Shown here: positions 23,565 to 31,819 of the stretch, piece by piece
Layout of the letters: each line of letters begins with the position of its first letter
How positions within the stretch are numbered: position 1 is the first letter of the stretch
Assembly (NCBI GenBank): GCA_964365465.1
Contig: CAYIPT010000002.1
Span: 1 to 42,434 of the forward strand
Length of the DNA stretch: 42,434 nucleotides
Source: an uncultured Candidatus Saccharibacteria bacterium
GTDB lineage: Bacteria; Patescibacteriota; Minisyncoccia; Phycocordibacterales; WO2-35-19
Direction: 5' to 3'
Notes under the pieces: generated by a model
Told to the model about the DNA's origin: nothing
What the model saw: the letters and a program-made list of their open reading frames with translations, nothing else
Databases searched by the model: none
Position numbers and translations under genes: made by a program

Positions 23565-24133
23565 TTTTTGATATAGAAACCTCAAATATTTTTTCGGAAG
23601 TCGGATCAAATAATCCGACCGATTTGGCCATTTCGGTAGTCGGCATTTACGAATATGAAAATAACTCATACGGCGCTTTTTTGGAGGAAGAGTTTAATAA
23701 ACTTTGGCCCATTATTGAAAATGCGGACATGCTCGTCACTTTTAATGGCGACCATTTTGATATTCCCCTGCTTAACAAATATTATTCCGGCGACCTTTTC
23801 AAAATTAAAAGCGTGGATCTTTTGAAAGAAATGCAAAAAGTGGCTGGTCGGAGAATGAAACTTGACCAAATCGCCGAGGGCACTTTGGGCATAAATAAAA
23901 GCGGTGACGGAATGGATGCGGTAAAATGGTGGAGAGAGGGAGAAATAGAAAAAGTAAAAAAATATTGTTTGAATGATGTACGCATTACCAAGGATTTGTA
24001 CGAATACGCTCTCAAAAACAATAAACTTATTTTCAAAGAAGGTCCCAACCTAAACGAAATCAAACTGGACACTTCTCTCTGGGAATCCCCCCCCTCTTCC
24101 CCTTTCGCTCTAAACTATACTCTCCCTTTTTAA
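23552..24133 (+). CDS. DEDD-type 3'-5' exonuclease (RNase H-like fold)
   Basis: 193 aa. Exo I is VFDIETSN, Exo II is FNGDHFDIPLL, Exo III is YCLNDVRITKDLY. Overlaps the hisS end by 13 nt. Confidence 0.7.
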   Translation: MRKIVFDIETSNIFSEVGSNNPTDLAISVVGIYEYENNSYGAFLEEEFNKLWPIIENADMLVTFNGDHFDIPLLNKYYSGDLFKIKSVDLLKEMQKVAGRRMKLDQIAEGTLGINKSGDGMDAVKWWREGEIEKVKKYCLNDVRITKDLYEYALKNNKLIFKEGPNLNEIKLDTSLWESPPSSPFALNYTLPF

Positions 24134-24150
24134 TTTGATACAATGTATTT

Positions 24151-24861
24151 ATGAGTGAAAAATTATCATTGCCCATATCCATTATCTTGGCGGGATTGCT
24201 CATTGCCGGCGGGATTTATTTAAACGGCAAAATTACAAAAGAAAATCCGACTGCCGCCCAACAGCAACAACTTAAATCTGAAAATCTTTCCGATACCATT
24301 CGTCCCATAGACGCCAACGACCACATATTGGGTAGCGCCAAAGCCAGGGTCTTGGTGGTTGAATATTCCGATACCGAATGCCCGTTCTGTAAAACATTCC
24401 ACTCCACCATGCTTTCCATAATGCAGGAATACGGCAAAGACGAAAAGGTGGCCTGGGTCTATCGGCACTTCCCCATTGCTCAGATACATTCCAAGTCATT
24501 TAAAGAAGCGGAAGCTACCGAATGCGCGGCCAATCTCGGAGGCAACAGCAAGTTTTGGGAATACATAAATAAACTTTACGAAACTACTCCTTCAAACAAT
24601 AATCTTGACCCAAAGGAACTAACCAATATTGCAACTCAGGTCGGACTTTCTTCCACTGCTTTTAATGCCTGCTTGGAAAGCGAGGAATTTGGCCCGAGAG
24701 TAAATGCCGATATTAAAAACGCCCAAGAGCTTCAAGGCCAGGATTTTTTCACTCCGTACAGCATCATTATTGACACCAAAACCAACCAGTACTACCCTAT
24801 TCAGGGCGCTTATCCGTACCCTCAACTCAAATCAGCCATTGATTTGATTTTGCAGTCGTAA
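24151..24861 (+). CDS. DsbA/thioredoxin-fold thiol:disulfide oxidoreductase, membrane-anchored
   Basis: 236 aa with an N-terminal TM segment and a CPFC active site. Confidence 0.8.
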   Translation: MSEKLSLPISIILAGLLIAGGIYLNGKITKENPTAAQQQQLKSENLSDTIRPIDANDHILGSAKARVLVVEYSDTECPFCKTFHSTMLSIMQEYGKDEKVAWVYRHFPIAQIHSKSFKEAEATECAANLGGNSKFWEYINKLYETTPSNNNLDPKELTNIATQVGLSSTAFNACLESEEFGPRVNADIKNAQELQGQDFFTPYSIIIDTKTNQYYPIQGAYPYPQLKSAIDLILQS

Positions 24862-27696
24862 TTTTCCTGACCAGACGGATTCTAAAAGGTTTGAAATTTC
24901 TTTTTTAACTTTTTCTATATCCGATTTTTGTATGGGTAAAAAAATTGTCGGGCAGCGGCCTTTACTGTCGGGTTTTATAAAGATTAAAGCCGGTTCTATT
25001 GTTTTACCCTTGAATTTTGGATTGTTTTGTAAAAGCATTTTATAAAAAACAAGCTGACGGAAATATCCGCCGGCTGGCGGAGCCGGGTTTCTAGTCTTGC
25101 CTTTTATGGCATTTTCACTCATGGCCTCGCGAGTTTTATAATCATAAACTAAAATTTTATTTTCCTGCTCTATTAAAGCATCTAATCTGCCATGCAATTT
25201 TAAGTTTATTTTTTGGTTTTTATATTCGTATTCAAAATTTGTCTCAACCCAATTTTCTGTTTTAACTATGCCAGTTTGGTTGAAGTGATCAACAAGGGCA
25301 GCCGCTACTTTTGGCGCGTTGGCAAGCAGTTCTTCCAAAATAACTTCTTTTTCGTGGAGTGGCAAAAGAGATTTTTTGAAATAATTTTGGACGGAAGTGA
25401 TGATAATAGATGTTATTTCCTTCTTGGGGGTGGGGTTTTTCCATACATTAGCCAACGCCTCATGCATAGCGCTTCCCTTTTCCGAACTGGCGCTTGGCGG
25501 CTCGGGAAGTTTAAGAATGCTTTTATAAAAAAATTTTTGGGGACATTCTATAAAATGATTGAGAGCGGTCACCGAAAGACCATTTTCAAGCAGAACTCGT
25601 TTGGCATATTCTATTTGTTCGGTATTTTGTTTTTCTTTTATTTTATCCAAACTTCGCAAAATATTCGGTTTTGCGGTTTTTGGCAATTCTATTTTAGAAA
25701 TTAGATTTTGATCCAGTTCATCAATAAAACGAAGCGGGGTACCGAAATAACTTATGGAAATATGCTTGCGGGCGCGGGTCAAAGCCACATAAAAAAGCCG
25801 CCTCTCGTCTTTAATATTGTCACCCTCTTCCTTTTCTTTGGGCAAGACAAAATAAGAACTGCGATTTTTTTTAATCCATGAGTCCTCTGTTGCATAAGGC
25901 AAAAATACATAATCAAACTCAAGTCCCTTAGAGCCGTGGGCGGTCATAATTGTGATTTGAGACAAAACCTGTCCTGTATTTATTTTAATAGTTCTTCGCT
26001 TAGCTGATTCTTTATAGGCCAATAACTCTCTTATTAAAAGCTTCGGATCCTCAATATCATTGGCGCGCGCCAAATCTTCGGCTAGGGCAATAATACCTCG
26101 CCATACTTCAACCGAAAGGGGGTTTTGGCTGACCATTTCCTTAAATCCGGATAAATCAGCTGCTAAATAAATAAATTCTATAACTCCGGCCTTATTTATT
26201 TCCTTTTGCAATTTTAATATTATAGGAATTTCTTTTTCTATTTCAGTCAAATTGCCGCTTCTTATAAGTTTTATAAATTTAACCTGTTTTTCAAAATTTA
26301 AATTCCACAAACCGCCGGCAATAGTTTCTGCCAGAGCCTCAGTTTTTGACGGGTCAGCCATGAATTCCAAAAGTGAAAAATAAAGAGAGCCGACAGGATG
26401 AGAAAATATACTTGCCCCTCTCTCCGCCGAAGCTGGAATGTTATTTTCTTCGAGCAGGGAAAATATTTTTGCCGCCTCGCTGTTTCTACGCACTATTATG
26501 GCCACAGTAATTTTTTTATTTTTTTGAATTAAGCTTTTAATCGTCTTTGTCAAATATGCCTCCTCGCTCTCCCCGTCGGGCGCGGCTATTATATCAAGGG
26601 GTCTGCTTTTTTCCTTCGCGCCCGACTTTAATTTTACCCTTAAATTATTATGCTCGTCTTTTTCATAATTTTTCTCAATCATTTTGAAAGAAGCGTCCAA
26701 AATGCCTTGATGCGACCTGTAGTTATCCGTTAGATAAATTACTTTCATCCCGCTCCATAATTTTTGAAAATTAAGAAAATTTTCTAGTGAAGCTCCTTGA
26801 AATCTATAAATAGCTTGTTTTTCATCCCCCACCACAAACAAATTTGGCGTGTCAAAAAAGTCGGCTATAATTTTGACGATTAAATTTTGAGAATCATTCG
26901 TATCTTGATGTTCGTCTAATAATATATATAAAAACTTTTCCTGCAACATTTGCAATAATAATTTGTCTTTTTGAAGAGTTTTCAAAAGTTCAAAAATAAG
27001 ATCGTCAAAATCCATTTTTCTTTTTTTACTTTTTTGTTTTTCATAATTTTCGTAAACATAACTGAATAAAATAGTGCGCTCGCATTTTTGTATCCGTTTT
27101 AAGTCAGTTGCTTTCCCAAGGGGAACCCTTGAAGAATTTTGCCCCAAAGGGTTCCCCTTAATCCTTTCGATTTCTTCCTCGGCGAAACTTTTAATCATTT
27201 CAGGCGTCCAAGCTTCTTTTTTGGCGTCGCTTATAATATTTAGTATTTTTGAAACATAAAAATCGGGCTCGCCCAGTGGTCTCAGTTTATTAAATTTTTT
27301 TTGTTTCAAAATTTCTCTCACTAACATTTCCGATTCCACTTCTGTTATTTGGTTTGATTTGGAGAGGTGTGGAAAGTGATCTTGAAATTCATTAATTATA
27401 GATGCGGCAAAACCATGAAAAGTGTGTATGGATACCTCTAGAGCTGCCTCTCCCATTATTTCTCTCAATTTTGCCCGCATGGCTTTTGCCCCCGTTTCCG
27501 TAAAAGTCAAAGCCAAAATTCCCGACGGCGGCGTGTCCGTTTTTAATAAAATATTGGCAATCCTGAGCGTTAAAATAGTTGTTTTGCCCGTCCCCGGTCC
27601 GGCTATAACCATAACCGGTCCCTCAATAGTATCTACCGTCTCTTTCTGTCTGGCATTCAGTTTGGCGTATTCCCTTTTGAATTTTGGGGTGGTCAT
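24832..27696 (-). CDS. UvrD/PcrA-like SF1 helicase fused to a C-terminal PD-(D/E)XK (AddB/Cas4-like) nuclease
   Basis: 954 aa. Helicase motifs are AGPGTGKTT, LLDEHQDTN, TAHGSKGLEFDYV and YVALTRARKH. The C-terminal nuclease motif is HGRLDAL...VYDYKT. Confidence 0.85.
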   Translation of the reverse strand: MTTPKFKREYAKLNARQKETVDTIEGPVMVIAGPGTGKTTILTLRIANILLKTDTPPSGILALTFTETGAKAMRAKLREIMGEAALEVSIHTFHGFAASIINEFQDHFPHLSKSNQITEVESEMLVREILKQKKFNKLRPLGEPDFYVSKILNIISDAKKEAWTPEMIKSFAEEEIERIKGNPLGQNSSRVPLGKATDLKRIQKCERTILFSYVYENYEKQKSKKRKMDFDDLIFELLKTLQKDKLLLQMLQEKFLYILLDEHQDTNDSQNLIVKIIADFFDTPNLFVVGDEKQAIYRFQGASLENFLNFQKLWSGMKVIYLTDNYRSHQGILDASFKMIEKNYEKDEHNNLRVKLKSGAKEKSRPLDIIAAPDGESEEAYLTKTIKSLIQKNKKITVAIIVRRNSEAAKIFSLLEENNIPASAERGASIFSHPVGSLYFSLLEFMADPSKTEALAETIAGGLWNLNFEKQVKFIKLIRSGNLTEIEKEIPIILKLQKEINKAGVIEFIYLAADLSGFKEMVSQNPLSVEVWRGIIALAEDLARANDIEDPKLLIRELLAYKESAKRRTIKINTGQVLSQITIMTAHGSKGLEFDYVFLPYATEDSWIKKNRSSYFVLPKEKEEGDNIKDERRLFYVALTRARKHISISYFGTPLRFIDELDQNLISKIELPKTAKPNILRSLDKIKEKQNTEQIEYAKRVLLENGLSVTALNHFIECPQKFFYKSILKLPEPPSASSEKGSAMHEALANVWKNPTPKKEITSIIITSVQNYFKKSLLPLHEKEVILEELLANAPKVAAALVDHFNQTGIVKTENWVETNFEYEYKNQKINLKLHGRLDALIEQENKILVYDYKTREAMSENAIKGKTRNPAPPAGGYFRQLVFYKMLLQNNPKFKGKTIEPALIFIKPDSKGRCPTIFLPIQKSDIEKVKKEISNLLESVWSGKLRLQNQING
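27118..27159. repeat. 13-bp inverted repeat inside the helicase CDS
   Basis: aaggggaaccctt-16nt-aagggttcccctt, encoding KGNPLGQNSSRVPLGK. Confidence 0.85.
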
Positions 27697-27741
27697 AAGT
27701 TTAATACTACCTCACCCCACCCTTTCCTTGCAAAGGAGAGG
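27697..27741 (-). promoter_or_regulatory. Promoter cassette copy upstream of the helicase
   Basis: Minus-sense CCTCTCCTT-TGC-AAGGAAAGG hairpin, -35 TTGCAA, 18-nt G-rich spacer GGAAAGGGTGGGGTGAGG, -10 TAGTAT, 7 nt, ATG. Confidence 0.45.
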
Positions 27742-27765
27742 GAAAAGCAAAGAAAACTTGCTCCT

Positions 27766-27808
27766 AAGGGTGACCCCTGAAATGCCCCTGTCCCAAAGGG
27801 TCACCCTT
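27766..27808. repeat. 11-bp inverted repeat of the AAGGG..ACCC family
   Basis: aagggtgaccc-21nt-gggtcaccctt. Confidence 0.8.
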
Positions 27809-27857
27809 TAAGCTTCCTTTGTTTTTTGTTTGTGTTATAATAAAAGGGGAGGCAGAA

Positions 27858-28106
27858 ATGAGAGCACTTTTGAAGAAGTTTCTTTTTGAACTCAAAGAGT
27901 GGTTTGCTGACATGTGGGACTACATTAATCTAGCTTTCATTGAGAACAAGATCTATAGTCTCAATGAAAAACTGGTTGGTGAAGCCAATCCAATTAAAAG
28001 GCACACAATTCTGATTGTAACAGATATGTGGTCTAAATCTTACAATGAAGTGTCACGACGCATTAAAGATCGTGAAATTCGCCACAAACGGATGGTAGTT
28101 CACTAA
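27858..28106 (+). CDS. Hypothetical protein
   Basis: 82 aa from MRALLKKF. SD GGGGAGG lies 5 nt before the ATG at 27858. The track start at 27819 is less likely. Confidence 0.5.
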   Translation: MRALLKKFLFELKEWFADMWDYINLAFIENKIYSLNEKLVGEANPIKRHTILIVTDMWSKSYNEVSRRIKDREIRHKRMVVH

Positions 28107-28143
28107 TGACCGCCCATCTTCCAACGGCTCAGCACTTTTGTCC

Positions 28144-28180
28144 AACGGCTCATTTCCTGCTAAATGAGCCGTTAACTTTT
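28144..28180. terminator. Bidirectional hairpin terminator between convergent genes
   Basis: aacggctcattt-cctgct-aaatgagccgtt (12-bp stem) followed by aactttt. Confidence 0.7.
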
Positions 28181-29354
28181 ACAAAAAATGCTGCAATCTT
28201 TTGGTTTTTTCGTGCTGGCGCATTTTTTCAAGGGCCTTGGCTTCAATTTGACGAATACGCTCGCGGGTGACGCCGAATTCTCTCCCCACATCTTCCAGGG
28301 TGTGGTATATGCCGTCTATTAACCCATTGCGCATCTCTATTATCTTTTTTTCTTTTGGTGGCAAATCAGCCAAAATTTCGGAGAGCTGGTCGCGAATAAT
28401 ACGGCGGTTTGAATCCTGCTCCGGCGAGGCGATTTTTTCATCCGCCATAAAATCGCCCAGCGTTGATTTGCTATCATCCTCGTCTCCCACCGGTGTCTCA
28501 AGCGAGACGGTGCCTTGGTCAATTTTTTCAATCATATAAATTTTTTCCGGCTCCAGGCCCATTTCCACGGCTATTTCTTCTGGCAAAGGATCCCGTCCCA
28601 AATCCTGCGATAATCTGCGGACAACTTGCTTGTATTTGGCTATGGTTTCAACCATATGAACCGGCACCCTGATGGTGCGGCTTTGGTCGGCTAGGGCTCG
28701 GGTGATGGCTTGCCTAATCCACCATGTGGCGTAGGTGGAAAACTTGTAGCCCTTTGTATAATCAAATTTATCGACGGCCTTGAATAAACCCAAATTTCCC
28801 TCCTGAATTAAATCAAGCAAAGTTAAATCGGAACTGCGACCGACATATTTTTTAGCAATAGAAACCACTAAGCGCAGGTTGGCTCTGGCCAAAATATTTT
28901 TGGCTTCCTCGTCCCCGTCCAGTATTCTTTTGGCTAATTCTTTTTCCATAGCGCCGGAAATGAGGGCGTGTTGGCCTATTTCTTTGAGATACATTTGGAT
29001 GGAATCGTAAGAGGCCTCGTCTTTGAAAAAATCCTTGCTCTTGTCTTTTACAACTTCATCCAAAAGCCGACCGCCTTCCAAAATATCTATGCCGGCCGCG
29101 GCGCACTCCTCGTATATTTCTTCCAACATTAAAACATTATCCTCAATGGTCGGGAATTCCTTTAAAATTTCATCAAAAGTAATAAAGCCCCTTTCTTTGC
29201 CCTTGGCCACAAGGTTTGTCTTTTTTAAGAGAGATTCAGGTAATGTTTTTTTTGTTTTTTTTGATCCGGCCCTTTTTATGGTTTTCTTTTTGGGTGGCAG
29301 TTTTTTTCTCTTGATTTTTTTAAGCTTTTTTGCTTTGTGTATTTTTTTAGCCAT
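28179..29354 (-). CDS. rpoD: Primary RNA polymerase sigma factor
   Basis: 391 aa. Regions 2-4 include [13 protein letters not shown] and [18 protein letters not shown]. Confidence 0.9.
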   Translation of the reverse strand: MAKKIHKAKKLKKIKRKKLPPKKKTIKRAGSKKTKKTLPESLLKKTNLVAKGKERGFITFDEILKEFPTIEDNVLMLEEIYEECAAAGIDILEGGRLLDEVVKDKSKDFFKDEASYDSIQMYLKEIGQHALISGAMEKELAKRILDGDEEAKNILARANLRLVVSIAKKYVGRSSDLTLLDLIQEGNLGLFKAVDKFDYTKGYKFSTYATWWIRQAITRALADQSRTIRVPVHMVETIAKYKQVVRRLSQDLGRDPLPEEIAVEMGLEPEKIYMIEKIDQGTVSLETPVGDEDDSKSTLGDFMADEKIASPEQDSNRRIIRDQLSEILADLPPKEKKIIEMRNGLIDGIYHTLEDVGREFGVTRERIRQIEAKALEKMRQHEKTKRLQHFL

Positions 29355-29360
29355 TTTATT

Positions 29361-30929
29361 TTAATAATTATTTTTTTTAATATTTTTTTGTATCTCTTTA
29401 AATTCGGTTTTCAGTTTTTCTTCCTCCTCTTTTGAAATATTTTTGTCATCAAGCATAACAGCCACCCTTTGAAGCTCTTGTTTCATTTTTTTTAATTCAC
29501 TTCTTCTTTCTATTTCTTCTTTTGTTTTTTTAATATCTATTTTAAAGCCATATCTCTCGGCTTCAAAAATCAGCGCTTCTTTCTCGTCTTTAAAATCTTT
29601 TTCTTTTTCTGATTTTTCCATCTTTCCGTCTTTGCTTTTTTCAATTTTTTTAAAATCATTCCAAACATCTTCTTCCCCCACTCTAATTTTTTGGGCTATC
29701 TTTTTTATGAATTGAGTTTTTTCTATTTCACTCTGGATAAGGCGCGCCAGGGGCAAAACATTTTTGGTTATTTCTCTGGTCAAATTTCGGCCCTCATTTT
29801 CTCTAACGGCTTTATTCAAAGCAAAATCCGTAAAATGTTCCGATTCCCGCAGGGCTCTTTTCCATTTCTTTGGATCTTCTTTGACCACCGAAGCCGGATC
29901 TTCTCCTCTGGGCAAGGAGGCGATTTTTGCTTCCATTCCCAAGCTTAAAGCCAATTCAGCCGCCCTCCAAGAAGCTTTTTCTCCAGCCTCATCCGAATCA
30001 TACGCCATAATCACCCGGTTTGAAAGCTTTTGAATTTTTTTTAAATGAAACTCGGTCAAGGCGGTGCCTGAAGAGGCCACGGTATTTAAAACGTCGGCCT
30101 GATGGGACATTACAAGATCCATCTGACCCTCCACCAAAACCGCGTAATCCAATTTGCGGATATAATTTTTGGCAACATTGAATCCGTATAAAACTTCCGA
30201 TTTGTAAAATAATTTTGTTTCCGGAGAATTTAAATACTTAGGTGTTTTCTCATTCTCTTGCATTGCCCTGCCAGAAAAGGCTATTGTTTTTCCGTTAATG
30301 TCAAATATGGGGAACATGAGCCGGTTTCTAAAAGTATCATAGTATTTATTTTCATTTTCCGTCTTTTTTATGAGCCCGACAGAAAGCATTTCTTCTTTGG
30401 AAAATTTTTGATTAATTAAATAATCATGCAAGCTTCTCCATTCGTCCCTGACAAAACCCAAGCGCCATTTTTCTATTGAATTTTTTGCCAGCCCTCTTTT
30501 TTCTAAATATTTCAAAGCTATTTTATTTTCCACAAGTTCTTTTTCAAAAAACTTGGTTGCCTCTTCCATAATTTCGTACATCCTTTCTTTCTCTCTATTT
30601 TCTCTGTCAACTTCTGCCGAATTTTCCGCTCTGAATTTATCCAATTTAACTCCGGCTCTGTCTGCCAAATTTTTTAACGCCTCCTTAAAATCAACACCTT
30701 CAAACTTTTGGACGAAAGAAAAAATATCCCCCTTTTCTCCGCAACCAAAGCAATAAAAACTTTGCCTGGTCGGAGAAATAAAAAAACTGGGCGTTTTCTC
30801 GTTATGAAAGGGGCATTTGGCCTTGAAATTAATCCCCGCCTTCTCTACCTTTATATATCCGGATATAACATCCACAATATTCAGCCGTTCCTTTATTTGT
30901 TCCGTATTTGATGGCATTTTATTATTCAC
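29361..30929 (-). CDS. dnaG: DNA primase
   Basis: 522 aa. Zinc finger CPFHNEKTPSFFISPTRQSFYCFGCGEKGD and Toprim motifs EGQMD...DSDEAG. Confidence 0.9.
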   Translation of the reverse strand: MNNKMPSNTEQIKERLNIVDVISGYIKVEKAGINFKAKCPFHNEKTPSFFISPTRQSFYCFGCGEKGDIFSFVQKFEGVDFKEALKNLADRAGVKLDKFRAENSAEVDRENREKERMYEIMEEATKFFEKELVENKIALKYLEKRGLAKNSIEKWRLGFVRDEWRSLHDYLINQKFSKEEMLSVGLIKKTENENKYYDTFRNRLMFPIFDINGKTIAFSGRAMQENEKTPKYLNSPETKLFYKSEVLYGFNVAKNYIRKLDYAVLVEGQMDLVMSHQADVLNTVASSGTALTEFHLKKIQKLSNRVIMAYDSDEAGEKASWRAAELALSLGMEAKIASLPRGEDPASVVKEDPKKWKRALRESEHFTDFALNKAVRENEGRNLTREITKNVLPLARLIQSEIEKTQFIKKIAQKIRVGEEDVWNDFKKIEKSKDGKMEKSEKEKDFKDEKEALIFEAERYGFKIDIKKTKEEIERRSELKKMKQELQRVAVMLDDKNISKEEEEKLKTEFKEIQKNIKKNNY

Positions 30930-31028
30930 ACTTTAAAACTTGACATAATTTTTAGTTTTGCTACACTTTTGCTGTAAATGCTTTCCTTGTCGAAAGCCCC
31001 GAGATTCCCCCACAAGGGGGTTTCGTTT

Positions 31029-31808
31029 TTATACAATATTTCCCATTTTTAATTTTATTTCTTTGAGCTCATCATTATCAATTTTACCCATAAATCTTAA
31101 CAATCTTTTTGCATCAAAAAGCCTAATTTGGGATAAAATCAAAGTTGAGCCGGAAAAAGAAATTAACCCGTGATAATATTTACCCCCTTTCTCTTCATTA
31201 GATGTTAATGGAATTCCTAAAAATATATTATTGTTAAACTTTCTTACTATCAAAACAGGTCGTTCATAATCAGAATGTTTTCCATCCTCTTCATCTCCTA
31301 TATTTTTACCTATAGAGGCGAGCCAAATTTCTCCTTTTTGAAAATAAACTCGTTCCCTGTTAGAAAGTTCTTTTTTCTTAATATTCCATTTGTCATAATT
31401 TTGATCCATAGAAGATTTTAAATTCACAATTATTTTCAAAATATCTTTATTAAGAAAATTCTCGGGTATTTTTTTGAGATTAAACCACCCCCACTCCTTA
31501 AATTTTTCCGGTTCCATCAAAATTGGCTCTTCTTTTGTTTCGCACAAAAAAACATAAACTTTGTCTCCTTCTTTCGCTCCAGCCACAATCCCAAGTTCTT
31601 CTTTTATTTCAAAATTTTTAACCCCAATTTCTTCTTCAACTTCTCGTCTCAATGTAGTTTTTACATTTTCCCCTTCGTCACATCTTCCTCCTGGTGTGGT
31701 CCAAAAATCTCCATCTTTGTATTGCTTGGTTTTGTAATTACGCAAACCAAGCAAGACATTTTTGTCTCTTATAAAAATTCCCGCGGTGCATATTGGCGAA
31801 CGAGCCAT
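31029..31808 (-). CDS. Nudix hydrolase fused to a MazF/PemK-family toxin domain
   Basis: 259 aa. The Nudix box GRCDEGENVKTTLRREVEEEIGV fits Gx5Ex7REUxEExGU exactly. The C-terminal half, GEIWLASIGKNIGDEEDGK..ERPVLIVRK...GIPLTSN...LILSQIRLFDAKRL, aligns with MazF/EndoA. Confidence 0.85.
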   Translation of the reverse strand: MARSPICTAGIFIRDKNVLLGLRNYKTKQYKDGDFWTTPGGRCDEGENVKTTLRREVEEEIGVKNFEIKEELGIVAGAKEGDKVYVFLCETKEEPILMEPEKFKEWGWFNLKKIPENFLNKDILKIIVNLKSSMDQNYDKWNIKKKELSNRERVYFQKGEIWLASIGKNIGDEEDGKHSDYERPVLIVRKFNNNIFLGIPLTSNEEKGGKYYHGLISFSGSTLILSQIRLFDAKRLLRFMGKIDNDELKEIKLKMGNIV

Positions 31809-31819
31809 AATTTTTTATT

